DNA from: Octopus vulgaris
Lineage: Eukaryota
DNA length: 64,000 bases
Direction of reading: 5' to 3'
Assembly (NCBI GenBank): GCA_951406725.2
Contig: OX597823.1
Location: 11,036,001 to 11,100,000 of the forward strand
Below the pieces are notes generated by a model. That model made no database searches. It saw nothing but the letters and a program-made list of their open reading frames with translations, and had not been told where the DNA came from. Below, one piece after another: positions 26,424-41,500 of this stretch (position 1 is its first letter; every line of letters starts with the position of its first letter). The position numbers and the translations under genes were made by a program.

Positions 26424-26430
26424 TAATAAT
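24951..26430 (+). mobile_element. Tandem family E copies (24951-25471, 25483-25557, 25561-26115) with long (AAT)n tails
   Basis: Direct ~450-bp repeats ending in (AAT)n. Confidence 0.85.
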
Positions 26431-27264
26431 GAAGATGAAAATAATTTTGTCTTTAGTGCTTATATCAAACTATTTTTAAAGTACGAGTTGTCGGCCGTCT
26501 CTACCAACTCTGTGTAAGCAACATCGTTTATCATGAGATGAGAAACACAACATTGGAAAGTATTCTGAACAAATGGTTTTTATACACAGGAATATGTAAA
26601 TATAAACGAAACTTCAGCAGGAATAATCAATAGAATAAATAATTTAGAATTGTTTTGCAAACAGAAAATGCGGAAAATAAACCGCAAAGCTCACTGCGGA
26701 GTGGTATGTCCTTATTTAAAGGTATCGGAGTATCGATGTCTTAGTTTGTAAAATGGAGTTTCATACGTGATGTATGTGTGTGTGTGTGTGTGTGTATCTG
26801 TGTGTGAGTGTGAGTGTGTGTACACATATGTATATATTATAAATATACATAAATACGTATAAATGTATGTATTTTGTGTATCGTTCAATTTAGCTAGATG
26901 ACGCCTTTATCTTGTAAATAATTAAAGATGAATATTCACATGTAGGAAAATTCACACGCTCACACACATACATACACACACACTGTGAGATGTATATGCG
27001 TATATGTATGTATGATTTCATATATATATATATATATATGTAAATTGACAAAAACAGACAAAAAAAACTGACTGGCAGATAGATAGAAGATAGATATGGG
27101 AATAAATAAATAAATAAATTTATGAATAAATAAATACATAGTTAAATTGGTAGATGCAGTTGGTTGGATGGCTTCAGGTATTCAAGATGAATATATATAT
27201 ATAAAGATTACAAGCATATATAACGTTTTCGTGCGTATTTGTTTTGCACACACTCGCACACAGA

Positions 27265-27444
27265 CACATACATACATGCATACATACATACATACATACA
27301 TACATACATGCATACATACATACATACATACATACATACATGAATACATACATACATACATACATACATACATACATACATACATACATACATACATACA
27401 TACATACATACATACATACATACATACATACATACATACATACA

Positions 27445-27478
<34 letters not shown>

Positions 27479-27657
27479 CATACATACATACAAACATACA
27501 TACATACATACATACATACATACATACATACATACATACATACATACATACATACATACATACATACATACATACATACATACATACACACACACACATA
27601 TACACACATACATACATACATACATACATACATACATACATACATACATGAATACAT

Positions 27658-27688
<31 letters not shown>

Positions 27689-27927
27689 TACATACATACA
27701 TACATACATACATACATAATACATGAATACATACATACATACATACATACATACATACATACATACATGAATACATACATACATACATACATACATACAT
27801 ACATACATACATACATAATACATACATACATACATACATACATACATACATGAATACATACATACATACATACATACATACATACATACATACATACATA
27901 CATACATACATACATACATACATACAT
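27265..27927. repeat. (TACA)n microsatellite, ~660 bp
   Basis: Seen directly. Confidence 0.95.
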
Positions 27928-28408
27928 GCAAACATATTGAGATAAAGAAAGATTGAGATGTAGCTGTGTAGCTATAGATACGTTCGTTTTATTTACAGAG
28001 TCGGTATACATATGTCTGCACGTGCGTGTGTGTGTATGTATAGAGACATAATGTTTAAGAGAGCATGGGGAATGAAGAGAAGATAAAAGAGTAAAAAATG
28101 GAAGATGCCAGAAAAAAAGATGTGAAATGGAAAATACTGTGCGATGGGAAAATATCCGAGAGAGATATATGTTATGTAGAAAAAGGTTGAGAGAAGTAAA
28201 AAAAGATATAAAGAGGTTATAGTAAAAAAAAAAAGCGTCCATGATTAAATTAAAAATGTAGAATTTAATAAAAGATAAGCTTGCATAAAGTAAAGGAGGG
28301 AGAAAAAGAAATACAGTGTGAAAGTGAGAGACACCTGGTGGGAGAAAGTCATTGAAAAGACAGAAGGACAAAGATAAACATAGGTGAAGAAACATCATCT
28401 TAAAGTAT

Positions 28409-28830
28409 AGGCGCAGGAGTTGCTGTGTGGTAAGTAGCTTGCTTACCAATCACATGCTTCCGGGGTTCAGTCACATTGCGTGACACCTTGGGCAAGTGTC
28501 TGCTTCTATAACCTCGGGCCGACCAAAGCCTTGTGAGTGGATTTGGTAGACGGAAACTGAAAGAAGCCCGTCGTATATATGTATATATATATATATATGT
28601 ATGTGTGTGTATATGTTTGTGTGTCTGTGTTTGTACCCCCAACATCGCTTGGCAACCGATGCTGGTGTGTTTACGTCCCCGTAACTTAGCGGTTCGGCAA
28701 AAGAGACCGATAGAATAAGTACTAGGCTTCCAAGGAATAAGTCCTGGGATCGATTTGCTCGACTAAAGGCGGTGCTCCAGCATGGCCACAGTCAAATGAC
28801 TGAAACAAGTAAAAGAGAGAGAAAGAGTAA
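28409..28830 (+). mobile_element. Full-length SINE family B
   Basis: tRNA-like head (T(T/G)GCTGTGTGGTAAG..GGTTCAGTC), CORE-like ACCTTGGGCAAGT and CR1-like tail. Confidence 0.9.
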
Positions 28831-29243
28831 GAAGAGACAATACTGTGTATGAAAATATATTCATACATACATGCATGCATGCATACATACATACATACAT
28901 ACATACATACATACATACATACATACATACATACATACATACATACATACATACATACATACATCGTAGGTGCATTAGGTTATGTACAAACAAACTTACA
29001 CAAGAAACTAGCAGTACTAGGTTTTCGAAGAAAGAGCAAAAGAAACTAACACGGTTTCTCCAAATTCAGTCTATTAATGTCACAGAAAAAATTTGTAAGA
29101 CATTCCAAAGATTCTTTAGACGAATAGACGCTCAATCAGCACATTAACTCAACCACAAATTTACAAATACCGAGATCTATCTTGGATCCCAAAGCTTTGT
29201 CGCTTCGTTAGCGACCGGCTTGCGAAGAACTTAAACGACCAGC

Positions 29244-29720
<477 letters not shown>

Positions 29721-29950
29721 TACGAAGAACTTAAATAAAAGTCAAAGACAGAACACACATACGCGCAAATACATATATATATTATATAAATGCACAGGTA
29801 CACACACACGCACCAATACACACAGATGAGTTATGTGTAAGCGTTAAAATATAATGTAAAAGCAATGAGCAATAAGACGGAAAACTACAGCACCGGAGGG
29901 ACAGATTTGACAGTTAATGTATTAGTTTATTCTCTAAATGGAAGGGAAAG

Positions 29951-29990
29951 AGAAGTAACGTTTCGGACATTAGTCATTCATCAGAATGCG
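29951..29990 (-). ncRNA. Partial hammerhead motif in a Penelope-pLTR-like remnant (~29835-30240)
   Basis: CUGAUGA-AUGAC-UAAU-GUCC-GAAACGUU, with a pyrimidine-rich upstream and AATAAA downstream. Stem I does not pair. Confidence 0.5.
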
Positions 29991-30590
29991 CAAAGTATTG
30001 CTGGAGTAAGAAAGAGAAATTCGGTGAGAGTAAAACTAGCGAGGGGGTTAAAAGATAGGTGACAATGTGGTGAAAGAAAGAGGGTAACCGATTATGTATG
30101 TGCAAGTATAGAAATAGAGAAGGTTGGAGATTGGAAGGAGTGTCCCAGGAATAGTGAGAGGAATGTTCTTTAGATAAAACATATGGAAAGGCAAGGGCGA
30201 CGGGACAGCTGCGTGTGCGGAGTCGGATGTTAGCCTCAGAATTGATTTGAACTCAAAACCTACTCGCAGGAAACCGAATACTGTAAATGTATTTATATAA
30301 TACTAGAACTACATCATTCCACTGCTCCATCTCAGTACTAAAGTTTCATATTACACAGAGAGAAAATGAAAGAAAGTGCAAATGAGACAAAATGGGGTGG
30401 CATTAGAAGGATGTAATTAAAGAATTATTGAAAGAGCAGTTTAATGAATTTAGAGATTGATTTGTAATTATAGTCAGAGAAAGAATGTGGAAGAAAGAGG
30501 GGATGAAAATTGGTGTAATGAGAAAGAAAGAATGACAAAAGAATAAAATTAAATGTAATTACAGAAATATGAGCCTGAAAGAACGTGATG

Positions 30591-30648
<58 letters not shown>

Positions 30649-30990
30649 CACACACACACACATATATATATATACATACATACATACATACATACATACA
30701 TACATACATACATACATACATACATACATACATACATACAAACATATATATATATATACATGCACTAACACACACACACATATATGTATGCATGTGTGTG
30801 TGTACGTGTGTGTGTATACAGACACACCACATATATATAGATAGATAGAAAGAGAGAGAGCGACAGAGAGAGAGACAGTAGAGACTGTGCTACATTATAT
30901 ATGCATATATACGTTTATATGGGTGCATATATATATATGCGTGTAGGTATAAATGCATATACATATATATATGCGTCTATGTATGACGTA

Positions 30991-31031
<41 letters not shown>

Positions 31032-31050
31032 CTCTCTGTCTCTGCCCCTC

Positions 31051-31082
<32 letters not shown>

Positions 31083-31467
31083 CTTCAATATTCAGACACA
31101 TCCATGCATGTTTGAAATTATGCAACCAATCGATAAAAGATTGATATTTCAAACGACTCGAGATTCTATCTAACAATTGGACAATGACATAATCAGAATC
31201 AATGACATATTTACATGAAAGTTTATAATTAATTTCTCTTGTAAGGCTTTGTTAATATTATTTCTGGATTTTCGGTATCTTTCTCGTGTTTTCTCATACA
31301 ACCAACTTTCATACGGGGGCAAATTTCAAAGTCGAGTTGGCCCTTTGAACAAAATCAAAAACCATCCTCCTCTTCCTCACCCTCCTTACCTCCTCACTAT
31401 CATCATCATCTCCATCATCATCGTCATTGTTGCTGTCGTCATCATGACCATCAACAACATTATCAAA

Positions 31468-31680
31468 GGGCGGTGGGTTTGCAGAGTTTTAAGATCACTG
31501 GATAAGAATCTGCGAAGTATTTGGTTATGGACCTTTACATTCTGAGTTCGAACTCTGCCGAGGTTATTATTACTTTTCATACCTCAGCGATCCATAAAAT
31601 AAAGTACCAATTAAGTATTGAAGTCCGATTTAATCAAGTCTGTTCCTCTAAATCTCTAGCCTTGTGCCTCTAAGTGAAGT
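31468..31680 (+). mobile_element. Old diverged SINE family A
   Basis: TTCTGAGTTCGAACTCTGCCGAGG...AAAGTACCA...GCCTTGTGCC. Confidence 0.65.
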
Positions 31681-32330
31681 AATTATTTCTACTATTGCAG
31701 AGCCGTTAGGGCCTCGGACAGTTTGTTTATGTTTCCGAGAAGAAGAATAATGTTAAGTGAGATCCTATTGGTACATTTGACAAAGAAAACTACGAATTAA
31801 CACTTACTCACATGGGTTTTATCAAACGAAAGTAATTCTTTATTTCTTAATGATAGAAATGCGAGTCGAGGTCCAATTTCCTGTTTTAAAAGTGTAACTT
31901 GCAACAGACGAACTTCGGATATGAAACATTTAGACGAAAAAAAGCTGGTATGTCAGCATGGTGTTATAAAAACAAATGTTTTTCTAACTGAAACTATCAC
32001 ACAGGTGAAAGAAAGAGAAGGAAGGTAACCAAACTGCATGCTGCCAAAATTGTAGGGATGTTCTACTTTCAGAAGAATAATTCGAGCTTACCCTTATTTA
32101 TCCATGGAGTTTAATCTCTTACATCGGGTGACGGGTGGCATATTACACTGTGTCTTGTTTATAAAACTGAAGACGGGACAAAAAGGTAAGCTCAGTGCGT
32201 TGCAAACATGTCTATAGTAAAATTCTACAATATATGAAACGGAAAATTTCTCGTAGTGGCTTTTCTAACACAATGTGGACAAATAGTCAACGGTGGTGCG
32301 AATTTTGGCAATATATGGTGGATTGAAGTC

Positions 32331-32565
32331 CCTTATTTTTTCTACTGCCCACAAGGGGCTAAATATAGAGGGGACAAACAAGGACAGACAAAGGGATTAA
32401 GTCGATTACATCAACCCCCAGTGCGTAACTGGTACTTAATTTATCGACCCCGAAAGGATGAAAGGCAAAGTCGACCTCGGCGGAAATTTGAACTCAGAAC
32501 GTAACGGCAGACTGCTAAGCATTTCGCCCGGCGTGCTAACGATTCTGCCAGCTTGCCGCCTTAAT
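32331..32565 (-). mobile_element. Full-length SINE family A
   Basis: 15-bp TSD TGGTGGATTGAAGTC at 32316-32330 and 32566-32580. Confidence 0.92.
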
Positions 32566-33599
32566 TGGTGGATTGAAGTCTCTAAAGACATACAAATATC
32601 CTCATTACATCACAACAACCCAAACTATCTCAGAGTTGCATCCTTTAGTGGGTGCCGAGATAAAATCGTTGCAAGTATTCATTCACAATTGCTACACAGT
32701 TGGCTATGAAGGTCATTTTAGCGCCTTCTCAGAAGAGCTGGAAAAACTAAAAGCAACAGGAGTTTATGGAGGCTGTTGTATCTAGGACACCACTGGGCGC
32801 GGTTCCAAAAGGAAAATCGCATTGTCCTCGCTTCTTGGAATCAATCATGAGGATGAGGGACTCCTCCCCTTCTTATAGCCTTTACACGCCCATCGTCTTG
32901 GGATAATGAAGAGGAGACTGAAAACAAACATAAGTGACAAACTAATAAATATAGTGAGAAAGGAAGAAGATGGAGAAGAATTCGAAAAGATGAAGTACAC
33001 CCAAGAGATGGCAAACAAAATTTGTGAAAAAGGAGCCCATCCTAGCTAACGTTACATCGAAATTTACAGTTCTTCACACAATAAATGAAGAACTGATGAA
33101 AGAGTTAGAATATTTACAGTTTATACTGGCGAGGAGATGGTCTTTGATTACGTAGGGTTTGTGAAAGACGGGATATTAAAATAATACATAGGAACAATGG
33201 AAACCAGCACCAGCACTTAATGTTTACTTCGCTGCTTTAATCAGCACAAAATTGCTCCTGAACAATTTTGGAACCAGAATTGCATGGGTTATGAGACCAG
33301 ATAAATGGGTGGTATGGGGAGATCTCACCCATGTATGGGCGAGCAAACCAATTTGTGATACACATGTTATAACTTGTTTAAATTAGATTGAGTTTAATAT
33401 AACTTTATATTTATGCTGTACGAGTAAAGCAACCCCCCACGTCCAATGGACGGTGCTGAGTTGTCAAACATTTAAGCCAAATTTTCTCAAAACAACTTGT
33501 CCGACCGTTCCATAGGCCTCCCCTTTGAGAAACACTGATTTAACCTAAATTTTAGATACCAGCAAAAGAAGAAATAAAGATAGACTTTTTTTTCTATTC

Positions 33600-33807
33600 C
33601 AAAGAAAAACGATTTTCCACGGCTTTATCGCATTCTCACCTGGAATCGATTTTTGTAATTTTTTCAAGACTTATGCACGCCCTGATACCGTCGGTATCTA
33701 CACATCTAATTTGACACATCTAATTTGAGCGCAATTGGATGGAGGATGCCCGAGATCCTGGACAGACACACACACACACACACACAGAACGGATTTTATA
33801 TAAGAGA
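33600..33807 (-). mobile_element. Possible 5' portion of another non-autonomous Helitron
   Basis: Ends CAGACACAC..TTTTATATAAGAGA|T, like the 5' termini of the other Helitrons. No CTAG end found. Confidence 0.4.
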
Positions 33808-34285
33808 TTTTTTGCTTGTACCAAATCTGTACAGTTTGGTAGATGATGTGGATGATATCATACCCAGTCCAATACGAGAAATGCTCACTCTCGGATACAA
33901 TAATTTCAAGGTGTGGCGTGAGGCCAGTTAAAATGGTCATTTTGACCGAACCGAGTCTGGTGATTTCTCACCCGTTTCTGTGTAGGTTACCCTAAGTGTA
34001 TTTTTATTCTACTTTTACAAAACTTATAATTATTCTGAGTTTTATGAACATGCTGCGTTCACTATATACAACGACACATCCCCTCGTTTTTATAATATAT
34101 ACATACATATATAGATTGGATGTATATGTGAATTCATTTGGCAAATAAAAGAAATTCTTCGAAGGCAATTTGCCTTTCATCCTTTCGGGTTCGATGAAAT
34201 AAGTACCAGTTTGAACACAGGGATCGATGTAATCGATTAGTCCCCCTCCTACAAATTTTCAGATTTTGTACTTACAGTAGAAAGA

Positions 34286-34876
<591 letters not shown>

Positions 34877-34919
34877 CATCATCATTATTATTTTATTATT
34901 ATTATTTCTTTTTTTACTT

Positions 34920-36200
34920 AACTTCTGATTTTTCTATGTCTGCAACACTTTTCTCAAAAGTTATTCCAAATATTGCTACCAACTGAATACTTCCAAAGAA
35001 GTTTGGAATTTGCAGCTTTTCACGCCAGAATATTGCTCACCGTCAGATGGTTCCAAGTGCGCCGATCACAATAGGTACCACACTCACTTTTAAAGCTCTT
35101 TAGATTATTTTCACTTCCAATCCTAGGTCTTAGGGCTTCCCGACTGCCTTCACAATATTCTGGTCTTCACAATATTCTGGTCCTTTGCCTTCACAATATT
35201 CTGGTCTGCAGTTAGTCGATGAAGCTTCTTCAGTGGGAGAGTGATATGGACTTCTTCAGTGGGAGAGTGATATCTAGTCAGTTATGTTGCAGTTTTTTAT
35301 CTGTGTATATTGGCTTATCCCATGTGAGTTTCACCTGAACCTTCTCTGCCACTAGTTGGAACATTCTAGCCCGTACTTCTTGCACAACACCCAGTATATT
35401 TACACTGCTACTTTGTCAAGGCGATTTTCAACTCCTTTTTGGGGCTGGTTTTCAGCATCCACTAATTATGTTTGTCTCAGATGATTTTCTACATAGTCTA
35501 CACAAAGGTGATACTGCTGTCTTATCAGAGCTATACTTAATTGAGTTAGTTCATAAAGCCTGGTCTTGAGCTGCAAGAATCAGTCCTTCTGTCTCATTTA
35601 AAAATCCATGTCTTAACCATCTTCAGGATTCTTTATCAGCTTCATCCGCTGTTTATTTGAAAAAACTCTTTATGTAGGACTTTCTCTTTCCAGTCGATGA
35701 TATTTTCTCTGTTAGTCCTCATATTGTACTTCTGGCGGGGGTCTCACCATTGTCACTGATCACCTTCTCATTCGAAGCAGCCTGCAACATTCTTTCGTCA
35801 CTATTCCTCAGACAGACATGCAAGGACGTGACCTCCTTCACAACACTATCCTCTATTCCAACCCACCCGTTCTCTTCCTCCCTCTTTCCTAAGCAGGTAA
35901 AAGCTTTCTCCGTAGCTTCTAGTATGAAGGTAGCTATGCGTAATGGTCGTTACTTTCCCAGTTTCCGCATTAACAAGTTCTTCCTTTGTCAATTCCAGCA
36001 TCTCCTCCGTGGTAACGTATCATATCTACAGCCCATGCGTTGATACTTCCGATCAGGTACTTCTCTAGTTAGCTTAGACCTACATAGTTTTTTCAATTTT
36101 TCTGGTATATTAAGAAGAATTTTCCCCCCTTCATCTTGGTGTTCAACATCTGGACAAGTTGTAAAACTCCAAGATACTTATATAACCCTCTCTGTTTACT
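34920..36200 (-). pseudogene. Highly decayed R4/Dong-like LINE ORF (RT C-terminus to REL endonuclease)
   Basis: YKYLGVL (~36162-36182), ETEGLILAAQDQAL*TNSIK (~35536-35595) and VVPIVIGALGTI (~35046-35081), in the expected order. Confidence 0.8.
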
Positions 36201-36241
36201 TCTCTTATTCGTTCATCATCTGAAATTTGTACTCCACTGCT

Positions 36242-36276
<35 letters not shown>

Positions 36277-36558
36277 TATCATCATCATCATCATCATCAT
36301 CATTATCATCATCATCATCAGCAGCAGCAGCGGCAGCAGCAGCAGCCGTTCAAGAATTTGGAACCTGGAGATCTCCATTTCCAGCGACTTTGAGGGTCAC
36401 CTCCCAGTGGTGTCGGGCGTCAACGAAGAGCCCTCGACAACAACAAGACGACCAAAGTTTTTTTTTTTTCCAAGGTCTGGGGTCTCCCGCCCCTAAGCCC
36501 TAGACCATCACCTAATCACCCTTACCCGTCTTGTTGCTTAACAACAACAACAACAGCT

Positions 36559-36589
<31 letters not shown>

Positions 36590-36764
36590 CAGTTACATAT
36601 GCGCTTCCGCTGAACCATAAAGTGCATCTCCGTGGTCCTGTGGCGCGTGCATCATTTTTATTTTGAAGGTGTGAAATTGTATGTGCAATACTCTTTCACT
36701 TTCGCTTTGTTGTGGCGTTTCTTTGGCTGTGTCTGGTGAAAATGAAATACTTCGTGTGTTTATT

Positions 36765-37108
36765 GGAGGCGCAATGGCTCAGTGGTTAGGGCAGCGGACT
36801 CGCGGTTTCGATTCCCAGACCGGGCGTTGTGAGTGTTTATTGAGGCTCCGGCAGGGATGGTGGTGATCCCTGCTCTTCTCTTTCACCACAACTTTCTCTC
36901 ACTCTTACTTCCCGTTTCTGTTGTACCTGTATTTCAAAGGGCCGGCCTTGTCACTCTCTGTGTCACGCTGAATATCCCCGAGAACTACGTTAAGGGTGCA
37001 CGTGTCTGTGGAGTGCTCAGCCACTTACACGTTAATTTCACGAGCAGGCTGTTCCGTTGATTCGGATCAAGCGGAACCCTCATCGTCGTAACCGACGGAG
37101 TGCTTCCA
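36765..37108 (+). mobile_element. SINE family C with small internal deletions
   Basis: Colinear with 7455-7841. Confidence 0.9.
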
Positions 37109-37462
37109 TGTGTTTTAGTGTTGGGCAGTGATTTTTATAAAGTAGGGTTTCTTAACTTGGACCGCAACATTTTTTATAGGGTGTTGTGAGAGATAAATTT
37201 CAAGGGCGCATGGTGAATACTGGGTGTTTAGAAGGGTTCTGATTTTTCATGAAAGTTAAATACTTAACCCAGGTAGAATACTTATATTTTAAGAGATTTG
37301 GAATCAGTGGGATATCAGTGACAAGAAACATGATTGATGATACTCCAAGATCCGACATAATTTCTTTATACCGACCTACCTATCTACCTACCTACCTACA
37401 TATATACATACATACATACATGTATGTGTGTGTGAGAGTATATACATACACACACACACACG

Positions 37463-37506
<44 letters not shown>

Positions 37507-37507
<1 letters not shown>

Positions 37508-37938
37508 TAGCTATGTGGGGAGTAGCTTGTTTACCAACCACATGGTTCCGGGTTCAGACCTACTGCGTGGCAGCTTGGGCAAGTGTCTTCTACTATAGCC
37601 TCGGGCCGACCAAAGCCTTGTGAGTGCATTTGGTAGACGGAAATTGAAAGAAGCCCATCGTATCTATATATATATATATATATATACCGGAGTAAACACA
37701 TAAATGTGAAACAAGGTGGAAAAATATTTAAAATCAAATCAAGTGAAAGTAATCAATACATAAAATTTTAATGTAAATAAATAAACCGCCACTATGTTTC
37801 TGTTTCTACGCAGCAGAAAATTCAACAAAATCAAATTTGAGTTTCTCGTTGCCGTTCTGTCTGATGAACGGCAACGAGAAACTAGTGGGTTTAAATACAT
37901 TAAATTTTGTTTGAATTTTCTGTTGCTTTTAAAATAAA

Positions 37939-37978
<40 letters not shown>

Positions 37979-37990
37979 ATTCACCACATT

Positions 37991-38056
<66 letters not shown>

Positions 38057-38283
38057 GTATGTGTGTATATGTTTGTGTGTCTGTGTTTGTCCCCCAAACA
38101 TCGCTTGACAACCGATGCTGGTGTGTTTACGTCCCCGTAACTTAGCGGTTCGGCAAAAGAGACCGATAGAATAAGAACTAGGCTTACAAAAGAATAAGTC
38201 CAAGGGTCGATTTGCTCGACTAAAGGCGGTGCTCCAACATGGCCGCAGTCAAATGACTGAAACAAGTAAAAGAGTAAAGAGAG
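37507..38283 (+). mobile_element. SINE family B with an insertion in its internal (TA)n
   Basis: 5' half 37507-37662 and 3' half ~38070-38283. Confidence 0.85.
37687..37939. mobile_element. Inverted Penelope-pLTR-like remnant with degenerate hammerhead (37857-37886, +)
   Basis: Same termini as 44970-45171. CTGT-CTGATGA-ACGGCAACGA-GAAA-CTAGT lies at the centre of an inverted repeat. Confidence 0.65.
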
Positions 38284-38615
38284 AGTGTACTCTCTGACGA
38301 TAGGTCATAAAGCTAAGACAGTCCCATAAACCGGCCTTCCCCAGAGAAATGGTCACTGATGAAGATTTCTCAGATCTGTAATCAGTGCTGGCATGAATCC
38401 ATCTCGCTTGCCGTAGGGAAGGAGCTCGTCTCCCTTGTCAGTCGTTAGAAAAGTGCTCCCATGTGGCTAAGAGTTGGTTTGACTCTTATTTCTAGCAATG
38501 CTGGTACTTACTAGCACCTTTCGTCATTATACTTGTTGCCGTTCGATTGTAAATTGCGAATACTCACCTTAATGATTTATACATACATACATACATACAT
38601 ACATACATACATACA

Positions 38616-38647
<32 letters not shown>

Positions 38648-38733
38648 AAGTTAATCCAAACATGAAAGCACAAAAAACACAACGCGAGGACGTGGAACAA
38701 ATACAGTATTATCTACTTATATATACATACATG

Positions 38734-38782
<49 letters not shown>

Positions 38783-38944
38783 CGTAAGGGTAGAAATTAA
38801 TATTATTAAATAATACTAATTTAAACCGGTGGCCACCATACGCAAAAAACGTCCGAGGACTAGAAATACCTCTTATATGTATGTATGCATGTATGTATGT
38901 ATATATGTATATATGTATGTGTGTGTGTGTGTGTGTGTGTGTGC

Positions 38945-39105
38945 GATAGGTTTTCAGTTTCCGTCTACTAAAGCCACTCACAAAGTTTTGGTCGGCCCAC
39001 GGCTATATACAGTAGAAGGTACTTGCCCAAGGTCCCACGCTGTGGGACTGAACAACCCGGAACCATGTGATTGGGAACCAAGCTTCTTATTACCACACAA
39101 CCACA
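38945..39105 (-). mobile_element. 5' part of SINE family B
   Basis: Matches the head and core of 28409-28570. Confidence 0.8.
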
Positions 39106-39139
39106 TCGGCCCCTTTTTTTTTTTACTTTTTATCTTATA

Positions 39140-39540
39140 CTAGCAGTATCGCCCGGCGTTGCTCGGGGTTGTAAGGGAAATAACTATATAAGCATTTTTA
39201 GAGAGTTATAGCCAAAAGATAGCAAAAAAATGCTTTAAAAATGGAAAAAAAATTATGGTAATTTTTTTTAAAAATCGTTGACTCATCGTAGACATTTTTA
39301 GAGAGTTACTTTCCTTATATAATAGCGAAAAAAATGCATTTAAATGGAAAAAAATGATGGTAATTTTTTTTTTAATCGTAGACTCATCGTAGACGCGCGC
39401 TAATACCCAGAAGGGCTCGATATGAATCACGACTATAAGATACCCGGTTTTGGTTAAACTGCACCGCAAAATGTGGGAGTAGTTAGGAATCTAAATGGTA
39501 GGAGACAGACAGCACACAACCTCACTTTTATATTATAAAG
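39140..39540 (-). mobile_element. Non-autonomous Helitron
   Basis: CTAG and hairpin at 39140. Body shared with the other copies. Confidence 0.85.
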
Positions 39541-39544
39541 TTTA

Positions 39545-39750
39545 TCAGAATAATATCATAACATCTTGCGATATTTCTTCCGGCATTTTATGTTCTAAAA
39601 TCCAGTCGAGGTCAGGTCAACTTTTCTTTTTGTCCTTTCGGGGGTCGATAAAACGATATACCAGGCAAGTACTGGGATCGATGTAATCGACTTATATCTT
39701 TCTCTCAAAATAAAACAAAATTCGTGACCTTGTGCCAAAATTTGAAACCA
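39545..39750 (+). mobile_element. Old SINE family A
   Basis: CCTTTCGGGGGTCGATAAAA...GACCTTGTGCCAAAATTTGAAACC. Confidence 0.7.
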
Positions 39751-39913
39751 TTATTATTCACTATTGTGATTTTTTTTTTCTCACAGAAGTGGATTCCACC
39801 GTTTAAGTGACTTCAGAGTCGATAAAATCAATACCAATCATGTACCAACAGGGATCAAATCAATCAACTATACACATTCCCCTATAAACCCTCTCGCTTT
39901 TCTGCAACACGAG

Positions 39914-39955
39914 TCGTCGTCGTCGCCCTCATCATCATCGTCATCGTCGTCGTCG

Positions 39956-39987
<32 letters not shown>

Positions 39988-40434
39988 GTCGTCGTCGTCA
40001 TCATCGTCGTCATCGTCATCGTCGTCGTCGTCATCATCATCATCATCATCATCATCGTCGTCGTCGTCATCATCATCATCGTCATCATCGTCATCATCGT
40101 CGTCATCGTCGTCATCGTCATCATCATCATCGTCGTCGTCATCATCGTCATCATCGTCATCATCGTCGTCATCATCATCATCGTCATCATCGTCATCATC
40201 ATCATCGTCGTCATCATCATCATCGTCATCATCGTCATCATCGTCATCATCCTCATCATCATCATCGTCATCATCATCATCATCATCATCGTCATCATCG
40301 TCATCGTCGTCGTCGTCATCATCATCATCGTCATCATCGTCATCATCATCATCGTCATCATCATCATCGTCGTCATCGTCATCGTCATCATCGTCATCAT
40401 CGTCATCATCGTCATCATCATCATCATCATCATC
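39914..40434. repeat. Compound (TCA/TCG)n trinucleotide tract
   Basis: ~520 bp phase-preserving mixture of TCA and TCG. Confidence 0.95.
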
Positions 40435-40946
40435 ACCACCACTACCGCCGCCGCCGCCGCCAAAACCACAACCACCACCACCGACGTGTCGTCGTCATCA
40501 TAAAGCTGAACGTCTCTGAGAAATGTAGGTAGGAGAGATACCGTATCAATAATCACTCCAGCACTACCAACCAAACCTCCACAAACACTACTACCACTAC
40601 TACCACCACCACAACCACCGCAAATACTAGGATCTCTGCCACAAACAACCTCCGGGAATACAAACACTGCCAGCATTACGACCCCGACACCACCACCACC
40701 ACCACCACCAGAAATCCAAGAGAAATTTGGCTTAGTGGAATTAAACTACTTTTACGTACCAGGGATGGTGTGGGATTCTTCTGAAAATTCAAATCTGCTA
40801 ATACTTTTTTTTCTTTTTTCTTTCTTTTTTTTTTTTTTCGGTGAGGTTGGAGCCCTTTAAAGATAGTCACAATTCCTTCCCAGCGTTTCGGATCCTGGAC
40901 CGATGTGCAAAGCTGAACGCCTTTCTAACAGGTCTAAACCACCACC

Positions 40947-40995
<49 letters not shown>

Positions 40996-41130
40996 GCTGC
41001 ATCACTAATATCATCTACACCACCATCAGCATCTTCCTTAAACAAAATGCAAATCGTCCTGCCCTGTCCTGCCTGTCATAAAGTAATTATAAAACCCCAT
41101 CCTCCACCCTGTTACCGTCGTTCACTGACT

Positions 41131-41166
<36 letters not shown>

Positions 41167-41392
41167 ACGGAAGAAGAAAAAAAGGCGAGTGAGGGAAGGA
41201 GAGAGAGAGAGTGAGAGGAAGAGAAAGAGAAAGTGAGAGCTCTGCTGTATTGGTTCGGTGCCACACCCACACAAAACTTTTTTCAGGTACCGCCTTTTTG
41301 ACGCAATCAGGGAAATAAAGGTAAAGCTAGCGAGTATAACATATCCAAAGCATGCATGGATACCTACATAAATACATACAAACATACATATT

Positions 41393-41441
<49 letters not shown>

Positions 41442-41442
41442 T

Positions 41443-41500
<58 letters not shown>

